Part shown: positions 27,862-36,912 of the stretch, piece after piece
Layout of the letters: the number at the start of each line of letters is the position of its first letter
Position numbering within the stretch: position 1 is the stretch's first letter
Assembly: GCA_041740615.1 (NCBI GenBank)
Contig: JBGSLR010000018.1
Location: 67,379-131,378 of the forward strand
Direction: 5' to 3'
DNA length: 64,000 nt
From: Desulfobacterales bacterium
Lineage (GTDB): Bacteria; Desulfobacterota; Desulfobacteria; Desulfobacterales; SURF-7
Translations under genes and position numbers: made by a program
Notes under the pieces: generated by a model
The model's input: only the letters and a program-made list of their open reading frames with translations
What the model was told of the DNA's origin: nothing
The model's database searches: none

Positions 27862-28935
27862 TCAGTTCAAAACCATCGCTTTTTCAGGACAGATCTCCTG
27901 ACAACAAAAACAACGGATACAGATATCAACATCAGCTACAGGATAGTGTTGCTCCATTGTGAGGGCCGATACCGGACAATGTTCTATACAGGCGCCACAC
28001 GCCGTACATAGTTCCGGATTTGCCCGGGGGCTGATTTGAGACTTGGTCTGAATTAATTCCTGGATCGCCGGATTCCCCAAGATGGCCTCGCCTCCTAAAG
28101 GCGGGACTTTGAAATCAGGTATAATCGGCATCTCCCCATGGATTGTAATCATTTGAGAATCAAAATCCCCAAGCCCCATGCTCTTTGCTTTTTGAAGAAA
28201 CCGCAGACGGCGGGGATCAAGGCCCATCATTCTCGCAACAACTCCATCCAGGGCCACGGCATTATCGGAAGCCAGAACCAGCCCGATCTCTCTTAACTCG
28301 GATGAGGCCGGACCATTCCCCTCCATGCCGACCACGGCATCCATGATAAAAAGATCCGGAATCCGCAGGCGGAAAACGTCTACAATAACATCATGAAAGC
28401 GCTCGGGAGTACCGGCAATTTGGTGAAGCCTTGCTTTTTGTGCACCGGGCAGGATTCCATAGCTGTTTTTAATGGCCCCGGTCATAACGGTCAGCCCATG
28501 GGTTTTCAATTTGGGCAGGCTGATAAGGATATCCGCATCCAAAATTTCCTTGGATATCCCAACCTCGGGCATGAGATCAGGATGAAAGGCAAGGTGCTGC
28601 GTTGTGTTGCCGAGGTTCCTGTAATAACCCTTCGCCGCATCCATCAAACCGGTTTTTTCAAAGCTGTTCTCATTGTCACCATAGCTGAACAGACCCGGAT
28701 TATCGCCGACCACAATGGCGGAAGGGGACATCTCCTCGACTTTTTCAACCACAGCCCGCAATAAAGACGGGTGGGTCACAATGTGTTCTTCCGCGTTGGA
28801 GGACCGAAGCACATTGGGTTTTATGACAACTTTTCTCCGGGCAATCTTTTGGGGGAAAAGCGCAAAGGCCCGATCAACCGCCTTGCGACAATTTTCGTAA
28901 GACGCCGGGTGAATCATAACTCGATGCATATGCAT
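27862..28935 (-). CDS. DUF362 domain protein with a C-terminal 2x[4Fe-4S] ferredoxin domain
   Basis: The DUF362-like N-terminus reads VVIKPNVL...HIVTHPSLLRAVVE. The C-terminus has CTACGACIEHCP and CIRCFCCQEICP. An AAAGGAGAG RBS precedes the ATG at 28935. Confidence 0.75.
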   Translation of the reverse strand: MHMHRVMIHPASYENCRKAVDRAFALFPQKIARRKVVIKPNVLRSSNAEEHIVTHPSLLRAVVEKVEEMSPSAIVVGDNPGLFSYGDNENSFEKTGLMDAAKGYYRNLGNTTQHLAFHPDLMPEVGISKEILDADILISLPKLKTHGLTVMTGAIKNSYGILPGAQKARLHQIAGTPERFHDVIVDVFRLRIPDLFIMDAVVGMEGNGPASSELREIGLVLASDNAVALDGVVARMMGLDPRRLRFLQKAKSMGLGDFDSQMITIHGEMPIIPDFKVPPLGGEAILGNPAIQELIQTKSQISPRANPELCTACGACIEHCPVSALTMEQHYPVADVDICIRCFCCQEICPEKAMVLN

Positions 28936-29261
28936 AATCTCTCCTTTTGTCACCGGACGCTGCGTGCCGGAAGTTACCGGTCATGGTTATCGCTTACCAG
29001 AAATATTGAATCGACGGACTTCTCTTCCTGTCAGCAGGCGATATGACTATCTTGAATTTATCTTTTTTAAGTCGTTTGAAACGATTCACGTATCTTTCCC
29101 CTGTCGCGATCACTCTTGGGCACATCTTTTCACTCATTTATAGCGGGAATCGCATGATAGCACTCGCCAAGGCAGGTTCTTGTCAAAGGGCGTTCCAATG
29201 TCGTTCTTTCTATGGTCGGCGACGGGGATATGGAACCTTATAATCCCTTACCAAACGGCTT

Positions 29262-29284
29262 GTCAAGAATGAAGACCTGACCCC
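29262..29284 (+). repeat. Repeat copy c (GTCAAGAATGAAGACCTGACCCC)
   Basis: Read directly from the sequence. It is intergenic, upstream of the PilZ gene. Confidence 0.9.
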
Positions 29285-29408
29285 GATTGAAGTTTTTACT
29301 TTGACATGGCCGGTTTCATCAGGTAAAAAATGGACATGCGGGCGGGCCGAAATGGCAAATCACGATAAACGAAGAACAGCCGTTCTGCTGTTCAGTAAGC
29401 GAGGCGTT

Positions 29409-29861
29409 ATGACAGAGCTGCAACCATCAAAAGTGGAACGTCGGAAACATGAGCGCATCTTTCTCCACAAGGATGCGTTCGCCGTCATCAAGCCCGGGAG
29501 CAGTCGATTGCTCGTACCGGTGCTGGATATCAGTTTGGGAGGACTGGCCTTCCAGTATATGGACAAACTGAAATGGCGGGACGGCAGCGTTCGGATCGAT
29601 CTGATTATACCGGAAGAGGAGTTTTACCTGCAGGCATTGCCGGTCAAACGCATTGTCGATATGGAGATCGTTCAGCCGCTGCCGTCCGGAAGGACCAATG
29701 TGAGAAAGCAGTCGCTGCAGTTTGATGATCTGTCTACCGTGCAATCCTCCTGGCTGGATCATTTCATTCGCCAATACCAGAAACCCCGTTACACCGGACC
29801 TGAAAGACGGTCGTCGCAGTCGGATCGCAGAAGCGGCCTGGATCGCAGAATTCTGCAATAA
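29409..29861 (+). CDS. PilZ-domain protein with an Arg-rich C-terminal tail
   Basis: It has the RxxxR motif (ERRKHER) and D/NxSxxG (LDISLGGLAF). The tail reads ERRSSQSDRRSGLDRR. The start is uncertain (29409 or 29352). Confidence 0.7.
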   Translation: MTELQPSKVERRKHERIFLHKDAFAVIKPGSSRLLVPVLDISLGGLAFQYMDKLKWRDGSVRIDLIIPEEEFYLQALPVKRIVDMEIVQPLPSGRTNVRKQSLQFDDLSTVQSSWLDHFIRQYQKPRYTGPERRSSQSDRRSGLDRRILQ

Positions 29862-29908
29862 ACCCGATTGACTCAAAGGGCGCAGCGGTCTGATCGGCCA
29901 ATGCGCCT

Positions 29909-31162
29909 TTATGCCCGCCTCTTCTGAAACACTTGAAAACCATTTACAATCATGGTTTTGGCCAACGATTTCCAAACGGATTGATTGGGCAGGGTCGGCT
30001 TGCCGGCTGCTATTCTGGCCAGTTGCTGTTCATACCAGGTGACTTCCAGCATGGCGCTCTTATCCAGCCAGCCCACACCGGTTTTCAGGGGTTTCACCGG
30101 GCTCACGTAAGATTCGCCATTGAGGATCTTATTCGGCAATTCCGGATCGATGGCCAGAGACCGCGCCAGTCCCACCATGTCCAATGCTTGTTCGGCAAGG
30201 GCTGCGCTCATGCCTACGGCTGTTCGGAAGCCTCCCGTGACCGCCAGGGGAACCTGAAATGTCCGGCGGATCTTGGACGCAAAGGACAGAAAATAGGCTT
30301 CTCGTTTGGAGCCGGGGTTGCTTTCCGATCTTCTTCCGGCCATGGCCGGACTTTCGTAAGTCCCGCCGGAGATTTCCACCAGGTCGATGCCGGCTTCCGC
30401 AAGTACGCCGACGACGAACAGGGCCTCTTCTTCCGTGAATCCACCGCGCATGAAATCAGCTGAATTGATTTTCACCGCCACCGGGAAGTCATCCCCCACC
30501 CGGCTGCGGATGGCCCGATACACTTCCAGCAGAAACCGCATCCGGTTTTCGATATCGCCGCCCCACTCGTCCGTCCGGACGTTGTGCTGGGGAGACAGGA
30601 ACTGACTGATCAGATACCCATGAGCGGCATGAATCTGAACACCGGTAAAGCCGGCCCGCTGAACAATGTCGGCGGAATTGGCGAAGCGCTCGATGATCGC
30701 TCCAATTTCTGCCGGCCGGAGTTCACGTGGCGGATTGAAAAATTTTCGCAGGGCAGCCGCTGCAAAAGGAACCGCCGACGGCGCCACCGGTTCCGGGGAC
30801 AACGTATTGGGGCTCTGTTTGCCCGGATGATTGAGCTGCACCCAGATCTGAGTATTGTTTTCCTTGCCGGCGGAGGCCCAGGCTTGCAGTTTTTCCAAAT
30901 GGCGATCGTCTTCGATCACCACGTTGCGTGGTTCCCCCAGCGCACCGGCATCCACCATGACATTCCCGGTAACGGCCAGCCCGACGCCACCCCACGCCCA
31001 GGTGCTATACAAACGACTGAGACGGGAGGTGGGACGGTTGTCAACCGTCCCCAGAATTTCACTCATGGCGGATTTCATGAATCGATTCTTGATCACCGCA
31101 CCGCATGGCAATGTCAATGGTTGACCGAGCAAGTTGGATTGTTGCGTGCTCGTCGGGTTCAT
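29909..31162 (-). CDS. NADH:flavin oxidoreductase of the Old Yellow Enzyme / 2,4-dienoyl-CoA-reductase N-domain family
   Basis: It has OYE-family segments (KNRFMKSAMSE, QLNHPGKQ, GVQIHAAHGYLISQFLSP, GGTYESPAM). A GAGGAGGA RBS precedes the ATG at 31162. Confidence 0.85.
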   Translation of the reverse strand: MNPTSTQQSNLLGQPLTLPCGAVIKNRFMKSAMSEILGTVDNRPTSRLSRLYSTWAWGGVGLAVTGNVMVDAGALGEPRNVVIEDDRHLEKLQAWASAGKENNTQIWVQLNHPGKQSPNTLSPEPVAPSAVPFAAAALRKFFNPPRELRPAEIGAIIERFANSADIVQRAGFTGVQIHAAHGYLISQFLSPQHNVRTDEWGGDIENRMRFLLEVYRAIRSRVGDDFPVAVKINSADFMRGGFTEEEALFVVGVLAEAGIDLVEISGGTYESPAMAGRRSESNPGSKREAYFLSFASKIRRTFQVPLAVTGGFRTAVGMSAALAEQALDMVGLARSLAIDPELPNKILNGESYVSPVKPLKTGVGWLDKSAMLEVTWYEQQLARIAAGKPTLPNQSVWKSLAKTMIVNGFQVFQKRRA

Positions 31163-31359
31163 TGTTTTCCTCCTCGCGCCTGTTTCCTTCGGATCGGTAT
31201 ACGCCGCTCTCAAATTCAACTGTTGGGTATTCCTATCGAATATCTTCCCATAAATCAAGATGCGCCCATCATCCCACCGATTTCCGGGATCCCGGCGAAT
31301 CCGATTTCAGGTATTTATACCTTTCTCACGAAATCCCCACCGCACATCCTACCACATTC

Positions 31360-31388
31360 TTGACACGTCCCTATTGCTTGCATATACT
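31360..31388 (+). promoter_or_regulatory. Near-consensus sigma-70-type promoter
   Basis: TTGACA (31360..31365), a 17-nt spacer, then TATACT (31383..31388). The next + strand start (pcm, 31634) is about 245 nt downstream. Confidence 0.4.
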
Positions 31389-31633
31389 CGGTTGCAATCA
31401 AACAACGCCTGCTGAACCCGATCGCTCCTAACCGATACCGAACGCTGGGATACGGGTCCAACACCCGCGATTACGACTCGACTCCACCTGCGCCGATTTC
31501 GTCCACTCCTCTCGCTAACCCTTCCACCTGACTTCGGATCCGTATTCCGACATGAATCAAATCGCATCCGATTCGACTGAAACGTCGGTGAGCAGTGGGA
31601 ATCGGGCACCAACCTTTTCTCAAAGGAGGGACC

Positions 31634-32380
31634 ATGAACAGGATGATATTTCTATTGAAAACCGGTTGCCTCGGCATCGCGTTCATTTTCATTTTCCTTC
31701 CAGCGGCGGCCACCGCTCCCTCCGTCGCCGACAATGCTATGGATTACAAGGCGGAACGCACCCGGATGGTGCGTTTCCAGATTGGGGCGAGGGGCATCGA
31801 TTCCCCGTCGGTTATCAACGCCATGCAGAAAGTGGAGCGACATCTGTTCGTGCCGCCTCCCCTCCGGTCCAGGGCCTATGGAGATTATCCACTCCCCATC
31901 GGCGAAGGGCAGACCATTTCTCAGCCGTACATTGTCGCCCTGATGACCCAGGTCCTGAATCTGAGCCCCAGCGATCGCGTCCTGGAAGTGGGCACCGGAT
32001 CCGGATACCAGGCTGCTGTTTTGGCGGAGATATGCTCCCAGGTGTTCAGTATTGAACTGATCGAGATTTTGGGACAAAGAGCGGAACGGTTGCTGACAGA
32101 ATTGGGATATCGGAATGTTCATGTAAAAATCGGCGACGGATATCAAGGCTGGCCGGAACACGCGCCATTTGATGCGATTATCGTCACCTGCGCGCCTTCT
32201 CATATTCCAGCCGCCTTGCAGGAACAGTTGGCGGAAGGCGGCCGGATGGTGATACCGGTGGGAGGCCCCGGAGATCAGGAATTGGTGTTACTGATCAAAG
32301 AAAAAGGTGAAATCCGACGCAAGGACATCATTCCGGTCCGTTTTGTCCCGATGATGCGGGGAAATGGGAAATCCTATTGA
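31634..32380 (+). CDS. pcm: Protein-L-isoaspartate O-methyltransferase with an N-terminal signal/TM segment
   Basis: It has GEGQTISQPYIVALM, the SAM motif VLEVGTGSGYQAAVLA and GGRMVIPVG. AAAGGAGGG precedes the ATG at 31634. Confidence 0.85.
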   Translation: MNRMIFLLKTGCLGIAFIFIFLPAAATAPSVADNAMDYKAERTRMVRFQIGARGIDSPSVINAMQKVERHLFVPPPLRSRAYGDYPLPIGEGQTISQPYIVALMTQVLNLSPSDRVLEVGTGSGYQAAVLAEICSQVFSIELIEILGQRAERLLTELGYRNVHVKIGDGYQGWPEHAPFDAIIVTCAPSHIPAALQEQLAEGGRMVIPVGGPGDQELVLLIKEKGEIRRKDIIPVRFVPMMRGNGKSY

Positions 32381-32546
32381 AAACACTCGATCCACATGGC
32401 TTGGCGGCAATCATTAAATCGAACGCTCGTTTTATTTTTCATTGACATCCTTTTCCGCCACCGGTTTGATCCGAGTTGAGCCAATACACCCGAGAGGCTT
32501 CATATCAACCGCATCCGGATGAACATGACGGAAAAAAATATACCGA

Positions 32547-32990
32547 TTGCAGCATTTTGATCAGTTGTTGTTCGAAATTTCTTCCAAATTCGTCAACCTG
32601 CCGGCAACGGAGGTGGATCGGGAAATCAACAACGCCCTGAAACAGATTGTTGAATTCCTGGATATCGACCAAAACGTATTTGGTGAATTTACGGATGACA
32701 GCTGTTCATTGCAGGTCATCTACGGCTACACATCGTATAAATGGCAGGAAAACAACGGAAATCCAGCTGAACCAGGCGTTCATCAAAATCAAGGAACTCT
32801 CCGAACTTCTCAAGGCCGAAAATCAGTACCTGCGCGAAACCATCAGCAGCCAGGGCCGCTACGAAAATATCATCGGTCAAAGTGACGCCATCCAACATGT
32901 ACTGGGAAAAATCGAGCAGGTCGCCGAAACCAGCGCAACGGTGCTCCTGCAAGGAGAAACCGGAACCGGCAAGACCCTGTTGGCCAATGC
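32547..32990 (+). pseudogene. Remnant of a sigma-54-dependent activator (N-terminal sensor fragment, frameshift, linker, Walker A only)
   Basis: Frame 1 reads FDQLLFEISSKFVNLPATEVDREINNALKQIVEFLDIDQ. Frame 2 reads LNQAFIKIKELSELLKAENQYLRE..YENIIGQSDAIQHVLGKIEQVAETSATVLLQGETGTGKTLLANA and then ends abruptly. Confidence 0.65.
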
Positions 32991-33108
32991 CGCATCTTTA
33001 CAACAATGCGTGGATGCGGGGAAACTGGGTATCCAGTCCGGAGAGGGATTTTACACCTACCCCGGGCCGGCCTATGCAAAACCGGAATTCGTCTCCAATA
33101 AGAAGTAA
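32991..33108 (+). pseudogene. C-terminal fragment of a 3-hydroxyacyl-CoA dehydrogenase, fused in frame to the activator remnant
   Basis: The tail CVDAGKLGIQSGEGFYTYPGP is typical of the Hbd/FadB C-terminus and has no N-terminal partner here. Confidence 0.5.
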
Positions 33109-33128
33109 TACATTATACAGGGGGAACC

Positions 33129-33409
33129 ATGCCGAATTTTTCATTGAATGACAAAATCGCCTTGATTACCGGGGAAAGCCGGGGTATCGGATCCGGGTAA
33201 ACGCGCTTTTGCCCGGAATGACGGAAACGAAATTTTCCAGCATCATCACGGAAAACAAGGTGATCGAAACAGAAGTCCTTTCCAGAATCCCCCTGGCCCG
33301 GATCGCCGTGCCTACCGAAATGGCGGGGGCTGTTTTGCATCTCGTTTCCGACGCCGCCTCCTATACCACCGGAAGCAGCATCACCTGCGACGGGGGAATG
33401 CTTGCCTGA
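33129..33409 (+). pseudogene. Short-chain dehydrogenase/reductase remnant (N- and C-termini joined, frameshifted)
   Basis: It reads MPNFSLNDKIALITGESRGIGSG-stop. In the +2 frame it continues VNALLPGMTETKF...AGAVLHLVSDAASYTTGSSITCDGG. The catalytic middle is missing. Confidence 0.65.
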
Positions 33410-34150
33410 CGATAAGACGCTTTCTGTTGGTCCGGCCTGGCGAAACGGTGCCTTCGCTTCGACCGGAACATGAAACCGGGGCGGCCCGCTACAGGCGGCC
33501 GGAGTTCGCGTGCAATACCGCTGCCCTGTCGACTTGCCCGTTTCTTGGGACTTCAGGACTTCACATCAACACGTCGGGATAGTCGCAATCGCCGCCCGAT
33601 GTGCAAGAATTGCTCACATGGGTAATTTTGGGTAATCCCCTCAGCCAACCGAAAGACATGCCTTCGGTTCGATTTCGCAGCATATTCCCTATAATAACTG
33701 TGCATTTCAATTCAAGGCTGTGCATTTGCACGCAATTTGCTAACGAAAAATTTCGTTTGCCCAATGGGAACCAACCACCGGATTCGAAATTGTCGCGATC
33801 AAAACGCTTGAGGTTGAAATGAACATAGAATATTTTAAATCGGAAATTCGCAAACTGGAACTCCAGGGAAACTATATCATGGCAGTTGTGGAAGGTCCGG
33901 GAGTCGGCCTTATCGAACTGAACTCAGCGGCCGAATTCCTTCCCTGCCAAATCATCGCCGAGGACAAACACGATTATCACTTTATCGACTCATCCGGACA
34001 GAATGGCAGTTGCCCGAAGCGTTCCTACCAAATCGTCCGGCGCTGATCGAACAAAAGCCGCCAAAAAGGCCTCGGGAGCGGGTAACCTCAAAAGTGATTC
34101 GCTTCTTTGTACGCGGCCCTTATAAAAAGTCTGTGCGAAGAGAATACATC

Positions 34151-34684
34151 TCAGCTGATCGGCGGCATGTAATCGGCCAGACGGGCGGAGGTTTCCCGAA
34201 GGTTTTGGCTGAGCAGGCAAGCTATTCCTTTCAGCAATTTGATGGCGATTTTGGCGTGCCGATCCATAATCAGATCAAAAGCGCTTTTGGAGAGGATGTA
34301 CAAATCGGTTCCTGTTTTGGCTCGGATGGTGGCGGAGCGGGGATAATCATCGATAATGGCCATTTCACCGATGGATTGGCCGGTTCCCAAGGTAGCAAGA
34401 ATAACATCCTTGCCGCTGGCTTCCGATTTCTTGATAACCTCCAGTTCCCCGTTTACGATAAAACAGACGTAATTCCCCTTTTCATTTTCCATGAAGAGCG
34501 TGTCATTTTCCTTCAGTGACATGATGTTCATGTGCCTTGCGATCACTTTGATTTCTTCCGCATTGATGCGATCGAAAATCGGAATCTTCATAAAAAATTC
34601 AACGATATCTTTCGATAAATCACTGCCGATCATGACGTCTTCTCCATTACGCAACAGGTTCGCATGAACGCCTGTTTTGTCCAT
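34151..34684 (-). CDS. Stand-alone cyclic-nucleotide-binding domain protein
   Basis: It has a cNMP-binding fold (FIVNGELEV..LGTGQSIGEMAIIDDYPRSATIRA). Confidence 0.75.
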   Translation of the reverse strand: MDKTGVHANLLRNGEDVMIGSDLSKDIVEFFMKIPIFDRINAEEIKVIARHMNIMSLKENDTLFMENEKGNYVCFIVNGELEVIKKSEASGKDVILATLGTGQSIGEMAIIDDYPRSATIRAKTGTDLYILSKSAFDLIMDRHAKIAIKLLKGIACLLSQNLRETSARLADYMPPIS

Positions 34685-34969
34685 CGCCTATACCCTACCT
34701 AAATGTAAGCATTTATTTTGTCAAGGAATGATCGCTCGATCCCCTTGGCCCGATTCCGGAAGACAGGCCCATACGGAACCCGGCGCCGGTTATCGATACC
34801 ATGAATAGGCTTTTCAAAAATCATTCAAATTATCGATTTGATTAATTTAATTTTTACGAATAAAAGATCCGGGACGATGCAGCCAGCCGGGATGCGCTTT
34901 CTTGTCAAGGTGTTTCACAACCGACTCATCCGAGGGATCATGATTGATTGAAAGGGAAGGAAGAAGAAA

Positions 34970-36889
34970 ATGAAAAAAAAAGGGTCGATATTCCTGGTTC
35001 TATTCCTCTGGTCCGTCGTATTCCTGATGGGATGCGGCAGTTCATCCGAAAGCAAAACCGATGCGGGGGCTGCAACTGCGGACCTGGAACCGGCCTCGAC
35101 GGACTACCCCAATGGGGATCTTCTCGTTTCCGCGGATTCACTTGCGAAAAGCCTTGGGAAATCGGGATTGGTCGTTATCGATGCCCGTCCGAAAACCGCT
35201 TACGATCAGGGGCATATCCCAGGCGCCATCAACCTCATCCACGGGAATTTCTGGACCTGGGGGAGCGGCTTAAAACCCCTTGACGAACTGCAGTCCCTGC
35301 TGGGGAATGCGGGGATCAGCCGAAACGGGACGTATGTCATTTATGATGACACGACGGCATCCTGGGGCGCGGCCGGTCGAATATTCTGGATGCTGGAATA
35401 TTTGGGTTGTTATGATGTCCATCTCTTGAACGGCGGATGGGACAAGTGGTCCGCCGAAAACCGAGCCATGGAAACGGGTCCCAGAAACCTCTCTCCGGTA
35501 TCATTTGCCGCTTCCGTCGACAATGCCGTGCGGGCGACGAAAGAAAGCATTCTAAACCGCCTGCCGAACAAAGATCTGGTTGTCATCGATGCGCGCACGG
35601 ACGAAGAGTACCTGGGTTGGCAACTCTATGGAGAGGCGCGCGGCGGACACATTCCCGGAGCCGTCAGCATCCCCTACGCGTGGTTCTACAACAGCGACAA
35701 TACCGTTCTCTCCTGTAAAGACCTCAAAACCGTGTTCGAATCCCGCGGCGTCACATCGGACAAAGAGGTGATCGCCAATTGCACGACCGGCATCCGCAGC
35801 GGGTTCGTCTATTTTGCGCTGAGACTGCTTGGCTATCCCCGGATTGCCAATTATGACGCTTCCATTGTGGAATGGGCCGCCGATTCCTCCTATCCCATGG
35901 AGCAGGCACCCAATTTTTCTCATATCGTCTATCCCGGGTGGGTGAAAAGCGTCATCAACGGAGAAACCCCGCCGACTTTCCCTGCCGGAAACAGCTATGT
36001 CTTGTTCGAATGCAGTTGGGGAGCCACGTCTTCGGCATATAACGCCGGGCATATACCGAACGCCGTTCACTTCGATACGAACAACGTGGAGGCAAGAGAC
36101 TACCTGAATCCCGACAACCCGGCGGTCAGCGACGCAAACGAAATCGTCTGGGATCTGGTGAAGGACAGCCTGCTCCAGGAAAGACTTCGGAACATGGGCG
36201 TCAACGACAACACGACCGTGATTGTATACGGCAAGTCTTCCTCCGCAACCACCCGAGTATACTGGGCTTTACGCTATGCGGGTGTGGACGTTCGTTTTCT
36301 GAACGGCGGATATAGCATGTGGATAGCAAACGGAGGGGAAGTCGACACCACGGTCCATGAACCCGTCTCAGTCGGCAACCTGACCATCCATCCCCAAAAC
36401 CAACTCAAGGCGCTTACTCCGGAAGTACTCGCATATGCCGCGCATTATCGGAGCAATGGAACCATCCCTTCAGACACCATCGTCGTCGATGTTCGCAAGA
36501 TGGAAGAATATATCGGCGCCGTTGTCGGTTACAATGACCCCAATATTACCCGAAAAGGTCGTATCCCGGGAGCGGTCTGGGGCTATGAGGCCAGCAAGGC
36601 GGTATACATGGACACCGATGAAACCCTGCGGAGCTATACCGAGATCCGAGATCTCTGGGAAGCCCGGGGGATCACTTCCGACAAGACCCTCATTTTCTAT
36701 TGCGGCACGGGATGGCGATCGACGCTGGCCTTCCTGTACGCCGACATCATGGGTTTTCCCAGCATTAAAAATTATGACTCCTGGTACGTCTGGGCCACGT
36801 TCTATGAGTATGAAACCGGAAGCATTCACCGGGATAACGCCTGTAACGATCCGAACATGCCTGTCGATACGGGCTGGCCGACTCCCTGA
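34970..36889 (+). CDS. Lipoprotein with four rhodanese domains (two tandem sulfurtransferase modules)
   Basis: It has a lipobox (FLMGCGSS). There are two inactive/active domain pairs with active-site loops CTTGIRSG and CGTGWRST. Confidence 0.85.
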   Translation: MKKKGSIFLVLFLWSVVFLMGCGSSSESKTDAGAATADLEPASTDYPNGDLLVSADSLAKSLGKSGLVVIDARPKTAYDQGHIPGAINLIHGNFWTWGSGLKPLDELQSLLGNAGISRNGTYVIYDDTTASWGAAGRIFWMLEYLGCYDVHLLNGGWDKWSAENRAMETGPRNLSPVSFAASVDNAVRATKESILNRLPNKDLVVIDARTDEEYLGWQLYGEARGGHIPGAVSIPYAWFYNSDNTVLSCKDLKTVFESRGVTSDKEVIANCTTGIRSGFVYFALRLLGYPRIANYDASIVEWAADSSYPMEQAPNFSHIVYPGWVKSVINGETPPTFPAGNSYVLFECSWGATSSAYNAGHIPNAVHFDTNNVEARDYLNPDNPAVSDANEIVWDLVKDSLLQERLRNMGVNDNTTVIVYGKSSSATTRVYWALRYAGVDVRFLNGGYSMWIANGGEVDTTVHEPVSVGNLTIHPQNQLKALTPEVLAYAAHYRSNGTIPSDTIVVDVRKMEEYIGAVVGYNDPNITRKGRIPGAVWGYEASKAVYMDTDETLRSYTEIRDLWEARGITSDKTLIFYCGTGWRSTLAFLYADIMGFPSIKNYDSWYVWATFYEYETGSIHRDNACNDPNMPVDTGWPTP

Positions 36890-36912
36890 CCGGAATTGGA
36901 AGGAAGGCGACT

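Larger units (their letters stand above)
26803..29284. mobile_element. Candidate inverted-repeat-bounded element carrying a Y1 transposase-like gene and a DUF362-ferredoxin gene
   Basis: The ends are GGGGTCAAGTCTTCATTCTTGACA (26803..26826) and TGTCAAGAATGAAGACCTGACCCC (29261..29284). They are inverted copies matching at 23 of 24 positions. A third, partial copy lies at 27826..27844. The interior looks more AT-rich than the flanks by eye. I found no target-site duplication. Confidence 0.4.

Noticed and set aside
33726-33741. A sigma-54-like promoter, TTGCAC-N5-TTGCT, upstream of the small ORF 33819..34046.
   Set aside because: The essential GG of the -24 element is TG here. The downstream 75-aa ORF has no homology or RBS support, so I report neither as a feature.
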